A stretch of DNA of 64,000 nucleotides from an uncultured Mycoplasmatota bacterium (lineage in GTDB: Bacteria > Bacillota_I > Bacilli_A > RF39 > UBA660). Positions within the stretch are counted from its first letter, which is position 1, and each line of letters starts with the position of its first letter. The stretch spans positions 23,623 through 87,622 of the forward strand of contig CAMZCT010000003.1 of NCBI GenBank assembly GCA_947305065.1. Direction: 5' to 3'. Both the position numbers and the translations under genes were made by a program. Below the pieces are notes generated by a model. That model ran no database searches. It was not told the DNA's origin and worked only from the letters and a program-made list of their open reading frames with translations. Of the stretch, positions 17,550 to 25,346 are shown one piece after another.

Positions 17550-18872
17550 ATGAAAAAAACTGTTTGTTTGATTGGTAAACCAAATGTAGGTAAGAGTACT
17601 ATATTTAATAAATTAATTAAAGAAAATAAAGCAATAATAATGGATGAACCAGGTATTACTAGGGATAGAATATATGGAACAGTTAATTATAAGGATTATT
17701 CTTTTTTACTTATTGATACTGGTGGTATAGATTTTGAACAAGGGGATTTTAATAAAGACATTATTTTGCAAGCAGAAATTGCTATTGAAGAAAGTGATAT
17801 TATCTTATTTGTAGTTGATGGAAGAACGGATTTAACTTCTGATGATTATAAAGTAAGAGATATGCTTATGAAGACAGATAAAAAAGTAATAGTACTATTG
17901 AATAAGTTAGATAATTATAAATTGCAAGAAGAAAGAATTTATTACTATTATGAACTAGGTTTTGAATACGTTATACCTGTTTCAGCATTACATAGTTTAG
18001 GTTTTTCAGAAATGATGAATTCGATAGTTGAAGATTTGACCATAACTGAAGAGGAAGAAGAAGATATATTAAAGTTTTCTATTATAGGGCGACCTAATGT
18101 AGGTAAGAGTAGTTTAATAAATGCAATTCTTAATCAGGAGAGATCAATAGTTTCTAATATAGCTGGAACAACTAGGGATGCTATTGATACTAGGTTTAAA
18201 TATAATGGCGAGGAATATGTAGTTATTGATACTGCTGGAATGCGTAAAAAAGGAAGAATATTTGAGTCAGTAGAAAAATATTCTTTGATTAGAAGTTTAA
18301 AAGCTATTGAAAGAAGTAATGTATGTGTGTTAGTAATTGATGCTTCTGAAGGAATTATTGAACACGATAAACATATTGCTTCTTATGCCCTGGAAGCTGG
18401 TAAAGGATTAGTACTAGTAGTTAATAAGTGGGATGTTATTGAGAATAAAGATGCAGAAATGAAAAAATGGAAAGAATTAATTGCTGCAGAGTTCCAATTT
18501 ATGACGTATGTAAATGTAGTTTTCTTATCAGCTAAAACAAAGAAGAGATTACATACTTTAATGCCAGAAATAATTAATGCTTATAATAATAATCATAAAG
18601 AAATAAAAACATCATTATTAAATAATGTTATTAACGATGCAACTACATTACATGAAGCACCAGGATATAAAGGTAAAAAACTAAAAATATATTTCAGTTC
18701 ACAAACCGGGATATGTCCACCAAAATTCACTTTTAGGTGTAATAATAAAGGTTTAGTACATTTTAGCTATGAAAGATATTTAGAAAATGTTATTAGAAAG
18801 AATTATGATTTTAGTGGAACCCCAATAATACTACAATTTAAGAATAGAAACGGTGATGAAGATAGTGAATAA
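17550..18872 (+). CDS. der: Ribosome-associated GTPase Der/EngA
   Basis: Two tandem GTPase domains (GKPNVGKST...DTGG...NKLD and GRPNVGKSS...DTAG...NKWD) plus a KH-like C-terminus. Confidence 0.95.
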   Translation: MKKTVCLIGKPNVGKSTIFNKLIKENKAIIMDEPGITRDRIYGTVNYKDYSFLLIDTGGIDFEQGDFNKDIILQAEIAIEESDIILFVVDGRTDLTSDDYKVRDMLMKTDKKVIVLLNKLDNYKLQEERIYYYYELGFEYVIPVSALHSLGFSEMMNSIVEDLTITEEEEEDILKFSIIGRPNVGKSSLINAILNQERSIVSNIAGTTRDAIDTRFKYNGEEYVVIDTAGMRKKGRIFESVEKYSLIRSLKAIERSNVCVLVIDASEGIIEHDKHIASYALEAGKGLVLVVNKWDVIENKDAEMKKWKELIAAEFQFMTYVNVVFLSAKTKKRLHTLMPEIINAYNNNHKEIKTSLLNNVINDATTLHEAPGYKGKKLKIYFSSQTGICPPKFTFRCNNKGLVHFSYERYLENVIRKNYDFSGTPIILQFKNRNGDEDSE

Positions 18873-19012
18873 CTATCTTTCTTTGTTATAATAATGGGAA
18901 GATAATAATTCTTTTATAGCTTAAAGACTTAGAAATTGCTAATTATGGCCCCGTAGCAAGAAATGTGGAGTTGAAAAAAAGTTTTAAAAAAGAAAGATGA
19001 TAATTAAGAGAA

Positions 19013-19041
19013 TTGACAAATTAAGAAAAAGGGCTTATTAT
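19013..19041 (+). promoter_or_regulatory. Putative sigma-A promoter of the thrS leader
   Basis: TTGACA at 19013-19018, a 17-nt spacer, then TATTAT at 19036-19041. Confidence 0.45.
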
Positions 19042-19049
19042 TTAATTAG

Positions 19050-19242
19050 TTCGATGAAGGAAAACGAGATTATTAAGAACCTTGCTTAGAGAGAGTTAGT
19101 GGGTGGTGGAAACTAATAGAAGACTTAATAATTACTATTTCTAGAGAGATATAATAATATCCGGTTAATAGCCGTTATCTATAATTAAGTGAAAATAAGG
19201 ATGGTACCGCATTATTTGCTCCTGCAAGTAATGTGGTTTTTT
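19050..19242 (+). promoter_or_regulatory. T-box leader (tRNA-Thr responsive) with intrinsic terminator
   Basis: AGAGAG and GGTGGAAAC stem I motifs. Specifier ACT at 19134-19136 is followed by A and the closing stem (TTTCT pairs with AGGAA). T-box sequence GGATGGTACCGCA (~19199-19211). Terminator CCGCATTATTTGC/GCAAGTAATGTGG (19207-19236), then TTTTTT. Confidence 0.85.
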
Positions 19243-19254
19243 ATTTAGAAAGAA

Positions 19255-19491
19255 GTGATGCTCATGGATCGAACCCCAGAGTTAGAAGAATTAAGAAAAA
19301 AATTGTTACAATTGAAATTAAATATTGCTTTGGAACATGATTCGGAAAGAAAAAAAGATTTAGAAAAAGAAGCTACAGTGGTTCATAAAAAAATGGGAAC
19401 TATAATGCTTGGAATAGAAAAGGAAAAACTAAAAGATAATAATAAAAAAGATGTTGATGATAAGGAAATGGAAGGAAGGAAAAAGAAATGA
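19255..19491 (+). CDS. Small Lys/Glu-rich hypothetical protein, translationally coupled to thrS
   Basis: A 78-codon open frame between the T-box terminator and thrS. Its TGA overlaps the thrS ATG (ATGA at 19488-19491). Predicted helical or coiled-coil and highly charged. A stop-free stretch this long is unlikely by chance in DNA this AT-rich. Confidence 0.45.
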   Translation: MMLMDRTPELEELRKKLLQLKLNIALEHDSERKKDLEKEATVVHKKMGTIMLGIEKEKLKDNNKKDVDDKEMEGRKKK

Positions 19492-21254
19492 TAAATTTTA
19501 AAGAAGATGAAAAATTAAATAAGTTAAATCATAGTTGTGCACATTTATTAGCACAAGCAGTAAAACATTTATATCCTGAAGCTAAGTTTTGGGTAGGACC
19601 AGTAGTAGAAGAAGGATTCTATTATGATATAGATTTAGGAGATAAAAAGATTACAGAAGAGGATTTACCATTAATTGAAAAAGAAATGAAAAAGTGTTCT
19701 AAGAGCGCTAAAAATATAGTTAGAAAAGAAATAAGTAAAGAAGAAGCTTTAGAAATGTTTAAAGATGATCCATATAAGATAGATTTAATATCAAGAATGG
19801 ATGAAGAAGAAAATGTTATTTCTTGTTATACACAAGGAGATTTTACTGATCTTTGTCGTGGGCCACATATGGATAATACTAAAGAATTAAAATATTTTAA
19901 ATTAATTAAATTTAGTGGAGCTTATTGGAAGGGCGACGCTAATAATAAGATGTTACAAAGAATATACGGAGTATGTTTCCCAACTGAAGAAGAGTTAGAA
20001 GAACATCTAAAAGAACTTGAAGAAAGAGCTAATAGAGATCATAGAAAAATAGGTAAAGACTTAGGAATATTTATGATGAGTGATTTAGTAGGTAGAGGTT
20101 TACCTATGTATCTTCCTAATGGTTTTACAATGTGGAATTTATTAGAAACATATATTAGAGATAAAGAAATAAAAAGAGGATATTTACATGTTCAAACTCC
20201 ACCATTAGGTAATGTTAATCTATATAAAACTTCTGGTCATTTAGCACATTATAAAGATGCAATGTTCCCTATAATGGAAGTAGAAGATGAAGAATATGTT
20301 CTTCGTCCAATGAATTGTCCTCATCATATGGTTATCTATGGAAATGATATTCATTCTTATCGTGATTTACCTATTAGAATTGCTGAAATAGCAAGAGATT
20401 GTCGATATGAAACTAGTGGTTCTTTAAAAGGAATAGAAAGAGTTAGAACTTTCTGTCAAAATGATTCACATATTTTCTGTACACCAGATCAAATAGAAAG
20501 TGAATTTAAAAATGTTGTTGATTTGATATTAGAAGTATACAAAGAATTAGGTATTACGGATTATCGTTTTGAATTATCTTTAAGAGATCCAGAGGATAAA
20601 GTTAAATATCATGATGATGATGAAATGTGGAATAAAGCAGAAGATGCTTTAAGAAAAATTATGAATGATATTGGAGTTCCATATGTTGAAAAAATTGGGG
20701 AAGCAGCATTCTATGGACCTAAACTAGATGTTCAATTAAAACCAGCTGTAGGCAATGAATTTAGTTTATCTACTTGTCAAATAGATTTCTGTCTACCTAT
20801 GAAGTTTGACTTAAAATATGTAGATCAAGATGGTAATAAGAAGACTCCAGTTGTATTACATAGAGCAGTTTTTGGATCTTTAGATAGAACTATTGCTTAC
20901 TACTTAGAAGAAACAAGAGGATATCTTCCTACATGGCTTGCTCCAGTACAAGTAAAAGTGATACCTGTTAATGAAAAATATCATTTAGACTATGCTAAAG
21001 AAGTATTTGAAGAATTAAAGGGATTAGGATTTAGAGTAGAATTAGATGATAGAAATGAAAAATTATCATATAAGACTAGAGAAGCAATTGTTAAAAAGAT
21101 ACCTTATCTAGTAATACTTGGTCAAAAAGAAGTAGATGATAATAGTATTTCATATCGTCGTAGTGGTTCAGAAGAAACTGTTACTTTATCTAGAAAAGAC
21201 TTCATTAAATTATTAAATAAAGATGTAGAAAATAAGACTAGATATGATAAATAA
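19488..21254 (+). CDS. thrS: Threonine--tRNA ligase lacking the N-terminal TGS domain
   Basis: The editing-domain motif HSCAHLLAQA is at residues 14-23 (around residue 70 in E. coli or B. subtilis ThrRS). Class II motifs RPMNCPHH and FSLSTCQIDF are present, with an anticodon-binding C-terminus. 588 aa, compared with ~640. Confidence 0.95.
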   Translation: MINFKEDEKLNKLNHSCAHLLAQAVKHLYPEAKFWVGPVVEEGFYYDIDLGDKKITEEDLPLIEKEMKKCSKSAKNIVRKEISKEEALEMFKDDPYKIDLISRMDEEENVISCYTQGDFTDLCRGPHMDNTKELKYFKLIKFSGAYWKGDANNKMLQRIYGVCFPTEEELEEHLKELEERANRDHRKIGKDLGIFMMSDLVGRGLPMYLPNGFTMWNLLETYIRDKEIKRGYLHVQTPPLGNVNLYKTSGHLAHYKDAMFPIMEVEDEEYVLRPMNCPHHMVIYGNDIHSYRDLPIRIAEIARDCRYETSGSLKGIERVRTFCQNDSHIFCTPDQIESEFKNVVDLILEVYKELGITDYRFELSLRDPEDKVKYHDDDEMWNKAEDALRKIMNDIGVPYVEKIGEAAFYGPKLDVQLKPAVGNEFSLSTCQIDFCLPMKFDLKYVDQDGNKKTPVVLHRAVFGSLDRTIAYYLEETRGYLPTWLAPVQVKVIPVNEKYHLDYAKEVFEELKGLGFRVELDDRNEKLSYKTREAIVKKIPYLVILGQKEVDDNSISYRRSGSEETVTLSRKDFIKLLNKDVENKTRYDK

Positions 21255-21276
21255 AGAAGAGAAATCTTCTTTTTTT
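21254..21276 (+). terminator. Rho-independent terminator after thrS
   Basis: Stem AAGAAGA/TCTTCTT with loop GAAA and a T-run. Confidence 0.65.
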
Positions 21277-21345
21277 GTTACATACATAATAAAAAAAGCT
21301 AATAATTGTTCGATTATGATATAATTATATTAGGAGGTTGAACCA

Positions 21346-22476
21346 GTGGATAAAAGTATAGTAGAAATTCTTTCTTTAATTGAGGAAAATGGTTTTGAAG
21401 CGTATATAGTTGGTGGCTATGTAAGGGATTTTTTGCTTAATAAGGAGACTAAGGATATAGATATTTGTACTAATGCTAGAGTAGTAGAATTAGTAGATAT
21501 ATTTAGAGACTATAGTATTACTAGTAATAATTATGGAGCAGTAAAAATAACTTATAATGATTTTAAGTTTGATATTACTACTTATAGGAAAGAAATTAAG
21601 TATAATGGTGATAGAAGAAATCTAGAGATTAAATATGTTGATAACTTAATGGAAGATATTAAAAGAAGAGATTTTACTTGTAATACTTTATGTATGAATA
21701 AAGAAGGGAATGTAATAGATATTCTTAATGGTAAAGAGGATATTGATAATAAAGTAATTAAATGTGTAGGAGATGTTAATAAAAAGTTAATGGAAGATCC
21801 ATTAAGAATATTAAGAGCAATTAGATTTGCTACAGTGTTAGATTTTAAAATTGATAAAGATTTATATAATGCTATAGAAGAAAAAAAAGAGTTGATAGAC
21901 GGTCTATCAACACAAAGAATGAAGGAAGAACTAACTAAGATATTGGTTAGTAAAAAAGCTTTAAAGGGATTAGATTATTTAAAAAGATTAAAATTAACTA
22001 ATTATATGGGGATTGATTATGATAATGTAAAACTGGTTTCAGATATATGTGGTATGTATAGTCAAATAACTTTTAATAAAGAATATCCCTTTACAATAGA
22101 AGAGAAAGAGAATATAGATAAAATTAATGAATTAGTAAAGACAGGTAAAATAGATAAGTATTCTATTATAAAGTATGGTTTATATATATGTGGTGTTGCA
22201 GGTGATATATTAGGATATAAGAAGAAAGATATTATTAAAATGGATAAAGAATTACCTATTAAGTGTAAAAAGGATATAGCTATTACTGGACATGAGATAT
22301 GTCAGATATTAGATTGTAAACCATCTAGAATAATAGGTATGATTTATGATGAGATATTAGTACAAATAGTGGAAGGTAATATTAATAATGATATAGTTGA
22401 TATTAAAAATTATATATCTAATAATAGAAAGAAGTGGGTTAATGGTGGTAAAAGGAGTTTCGAAGAAGGAGTATAA
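21346..22476 (+). CDS. cca: CCA-adding tRNA nucleotidyltransferase
   Basis: Class II nucleotidyltransferase head: GGYVRDFLL...KDIDI, RRDFTCN and DPLRILRAIRF. GTG start after AGGAGG. Confidence 0.85.
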   Translation: MDKSIVEILSLIEENGFEAYIVGGYVRDFLLNKETKDIDICTNARVVELVDIFRDYSITSNNYGAVKITYNDFKFDITTYRKEIKYNGDRRNLEIKYVDNLMEDIKRRDFTCNTLCMNKEGNVIDILNGKEDIDNKVIKCVGDVNKKLMEDPLRILRAIRFATVLDFKIDKDLYNAIEEKKELIDGLSTQRMKEELTKILVSKKALKGLDYLKRLKLTNYMGIDYDNVKLVSDICGMYSQITFNKEYPFTIEEKENIDKINELVKTGKIDKYSIIKYGLYICGVAGDILGYKKKDIIKMDKELPIKCKKDIAITGHEICQILDCKPSRIIGMIYDEILVQIVEGNINNDIVDIKNYISNNRKKWVNGGKRSFEEGV

Positions 22477-23101
22477 GTTTGTAGTTACTGATGTATTGTT
22501 AAAGTTGGTTAAAGCTAAGGACTTATCTTTAAATGAATTTCTTGTACTTATGTATTTAGATAATAACTATAGTGATAATTTTGAAATAGAAATTATGAGT
22601 GAAGCATTGAATTTAGATACAGAATTATGTTTAGAAGGTTTTAATTCATTGTTGATGAAGGGATTAGTAAGTCTAGATTCTAAGAAAGATGAAAATGACA
22701 AGTATAAGGAAGTAGTTAATATAGATAATGCTTATAAAGTAGTTGAAATAGAAGATGAAATAGAACTTGAAGGGGAAGAGATATTTAAGATATTTGAAGA
22801 AGAGTTAGGAAGAACTTTATCTCAGACTGAGTTGGCCTTGATAAATGGATGGTTGTTATCTGGTACTAAAGAAGAATTGATTATTGGGGCTTTGAAAGAA
22901 GCTATCTTTAATGGAGTTACTAGTTTTAGATATATAGATAAGATTATATATGAATGGGAAAAGAAAGGGTTTACTTCAATGGATGAAGTAAATGACTATT
23001 TAAAGAATAGAAGAAATGATAAGGTACAGGATAAAAAGGAGATTGAAAAAAAGGAACAAGAAGTATTGGATTATGATTGGTTGAACGATGATGATAAGTA
23101 A
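22442..23101 (+). CDS. dnaD: DnaD-domain replication initiation / membrane attachment protein
   Basis: C-terminal DnaD/DnaB-2 domain: FEEELGRTLSQTELALINGWL...FRYIDKIIYEWEKKGFTS. Conserved dnaD-nth synteny with Bacillus. Start moved to ATG 22442. Confidence 0.75.
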   Translation: MVVKGVSKKEYKFVVTDVLLKLVKAKDLSLNEFLVLMYLDNNYSDNFEIEIMSEALNLDTELCLEGFNSLLMKGLVSLDSKKDENDKYKEVVNIDNAYKVVEIEDEIELEGEEIFKIFEEELGRTLSQTELALINGWLLSGTKEELIIGALKEAIFNGVTSFRYIDKIIYEWEKKGFTSMDEVNDYLKNRRNDKVQDKKEIEKKEQEVLDYDWLNDDDK

Positions 23102-23720
23102 TATTAATGATAAGTTAGATATAATGTTCCCGGATGCTAGATGTGAATTAGAATATAATAAAGATTATGAATTATTAATAGCTACAGTTTTATCAGCACA
23201 ATGTACTGATAAAAGGGTAAATAGTTGTACTAAAGAGTTATTTAGTAAATATAAAGATTTAACTAGTCTTTCTAAGGCGAATAAGAGGGATATAGAAGAT
23301 ATTATTAGATCTTGTGGTAATCAGGTCAAAAAGAGTGGATATATCCTAGAAATAGCTAAAAAGTTATTAAATGAGTGTGATGGTAAAGTACCTAATGATA
23401 GAGAATATTTAGAAAAGTTACCAGGAGTAGGAAGAAAGACCACTAATGTGGTAATATCTAATATTTATGATGTACCTGCTATAGCTGTTGATACGCATGT
23501 AGCTAGAGTTAGTAAAAGGTTAAGATTAGCTAATAAAAATGATGATGTATTAGATATTGAAAAGAAACTAATGAAAAAGATACCTAAGGATAAATGGAGT
23601 AAAAGTCATCATCAATTAGTTTTATTTGGAAGATATATATGTAAAGCTCAAAAACCAGAATGTGAGAGATGTTTATTCTATGAAGAATGTAATAGCAAAG
23701 ATAAAATAAATCGATTATAA
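23088..23720 (+). CDS. nth: Endonuclease III (DNA-(apurinic/apyrimidinic site) lyase)
   Basis: HhH-GPD motif LPGVGRKTTNVV...DTHV. C-terminal 4Fe-4S cluster loop CKAQKPECERCLFYEEC. Confidence 0.9.
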   Translation: MMISNINDKLDIMFPDARCELEYNKDYELLIATVLSAQCTDKRVNSCTKELFSKYKDLTSLSKANKRDIEDIIRSCGNQVKKSGYILEIAKKLLNECDGKVPNDREYLEKLPGVGRKTTNVVISNIYDVPAIAVDTHVARVSKRLRLANKNDDVLDIEKKLMKKIPKDKWSKSHHQLVLFGRYICKAQKPECERCLFYEECNSKDKINRL

Positions 23721-23755
23721 TAATGGTTAAAATTATTGAAAACGAGGAGAAATCT

Positions 23756-25315
23756 ATGGACATATTACAGACAACGCTTAGTTTGCTTAGAAAAGGTAAT
23801 CAGTTATTACTGGCTAAAAAGAAAATTGGCTTTGGCCAGGGTAAATATAATGGTATTGGGGGAGAAGTTGAAAAAGGTGAGACCCCAGAACAGGCGATGA
23901 TTAGGGAAACAGAGGAAGAAATATTTGTTACACCTACTAAGTATGATAGAGTTGGTTATTTAGAATTTGATGAGTTTTATAAAGGAGATAAGAAGAGAAT
24001 AATATTTCATATATACTTAGTGGAAGAGTGGCAAGGAGAACCAATGGAAAGTGAAGAGATGGATCCTAAATGGTTTGACTTGGATAATATTCCTTATAAT
24101 GAAATGTTTCCAGATGATAGTTATTGGCTTCCTTTAATATTAGAGGGTAAAAAAGTTAGAGCGTTTTTTGATTTTGATGAGAATTGGACTATCTTATCGA
24201 AAAGGATAGATGATTTTTATAAGAATATAAGTATAGTTATAGATGGACAAGCTGGTTCTTGTGGTAAAGGTAAAATATGTGGGTATTTAGCCAAAAAAGA
24301 TGGTTATAGAGTGTCTACTAATAATTGGTCTAGTAATGCTGGACATACCTATGTAGAAAATGATGGACGAAAAATAGTTGTTAGTCATTTACCGATGGGG
24401 ATAGTTAATCCGAGTACAAAAATATGTATTAATGCAGGGGCTATAATTACGCCTGAAACATTATGTAAAGAGATTGATGAGTATCAAGATTTAATTGGGG
24501 ATAGAAAGGTTTTTATTCATCCTAGAGCAATGATAATATCAGAAAAGCATAGGGAGATAGAAAGGCAAACTATTGTAAGTGGTTCTACTTTTAAGGGATG
24601 TGGAGCAGCTTTAGCTGAGAAGATTATGAGAACAAAAGATATTGCTCTTGCTAAAGATTATTTTAAGAATGTTGACGATAAGTATAGTAATATTATTGAA
24701 ATTACTGATACAGCGAGAATATTAAATGAAGAACAAGGTGAAATATTAATAGAAGGGGCGCAAGGACAAGATTTAGATATAAATTATGGACTTGATTATC
24801 CTAATGTTACTAGTAGAATGTGTAGTGCAGCACAACTAGTTGCTGATGCTGGATTAAGTGTATTTATTGTCAAGGATATTTATATGATAATTAGACCATA
24901 TCCGATTAGGATTAGTAATAAAACTAATATTGGCAAAGATATATATAGTGGTGATTATGCTGGTAGTAAAGAGATTACTTGGGAGAGGGTTGCTAAAAGA
25001 TGTGGGTGTCCTGAAGATTTAATTGAATTTACGACAGTTACAAAGAAGAAAAGAAGAGTTTTTGAAATGAACTGGGATAGACTTAAATATAATGTAATGA
25101 TCAATAGACCAACCCAGATAGTATTAAATTTTGCTCAATATATTGATTACAAAGCTTATAAATGTAAAAGTTATGATAAATTACCCAGAAAAGTTAAAAA
25201 CTTTATTGCGAAAATAGAAAAAGAGACGAAAGTTCCGGTTACATTGATTGGTACTGGAGAAAGAGATGAAGATATTATAGATTTGCGAGATAGGATTTTT
25301 AACCTAGGAGAGTAA
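23756..25315 (+). CDS. Fusion protein: MTH1/NUDT1-like Nudix hydrolase (N-terminal) + divergent short adenylosuccinate-synthetase-like (PurA/PurZ-like) module (C-terminal)
   Basis: N-terminal: Nudix box GGEVEKGETPEQAMIRETEEEI, plus KYNGIGG and MFPDDSYWLPLILEGKK, which parallel human MTH1. C-terminal PurA-fold motifs occur in order: GQAGSCGKGK, SNAGHT, GSTFKGCG, EGAQGQDLDINYGLDYPNVTS, TTVTKKKRR and GTGERDEDI. There is no stop or frameshift between the modules. ATG 23756 (RBS GAGGAG) is preferred to 23723. Confidence 0.8.
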   Translation: MDILQTTLSLLRKGNQLLLAKKKIGFGQGKYNGIGGEVEKGETPEQAMIRETEEEIFVTPTKYDRVGYLEFDEFYKGDKKRIIFHIYLVEEWQGEPMESEEMDPKWFDLDNIPYNEMFPDDSYWLPLILEGKKVRAFFDFDENWTILSKRIDDFYKNISIVIDGQAGSCGKGKICGYLAKKDGYRVSTNNWSSNAGHTYVENDGRKIVVSHLPMGIVNPSTKICINAGAIITPETLCKEIDEYQDLIGDRKVFIHPRAMIISEKHREIERQTIVSGSTFKGCGAALAEKIMRTKDIALAKDYFKNVDDKYSNIIEITDTARILNEEQGEILIEGAQGQDLDINYGLDYPNVTSRMCSAAQLVADAGLSVFIVKDIYMIIRPYPIRISNKTNIGKDIYSGDYAGSKEITWERVAKRCGCPEDLIEFTTVTKKKRRVFEMNWDRLKYNVMINRPTQIVLNFAQYIDYKAYKCKSYDKLPRKVKNFIAKIEKETKVPVTLIGTGERDEDIIDLRDRIFNLGE

Positions 25316-25346
25316 AAAAAAGAATTGATTAGGTATCAATTCTTTT
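25314..25346. terminator. Bidirectional terminator between the convergent Nudix-PurA-like gene and ponA
   Basis: 10-bp stem AAGAATTGAT/ATCAATTCTT, flanked by an A-run on the 5' side and a T-run on the 3' side. Confidence 0.75.

Noticed and set aside
18873-19012. Locally GC-richer patch (ggccccgtagcaag...) between der and the thrS promoter, considered as a small RNA
   Set aside because: It has no convincing stem-loop, promoter or terminator of its own and no motif I recognise, so the evidence is insufficient.
19255-19491. The idea that the 78-codon ORF upstream of thrS is a frameshifted or degenerate TGS domain
   Set aside because: Its sequence is Lys/Glu-rich and helical, with none of the TGS beta-grasp pattern. 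The thrS frame upstream of 19488 hits a stop at 19461-19463, so a simple frameshift does not restore a TGS domain.
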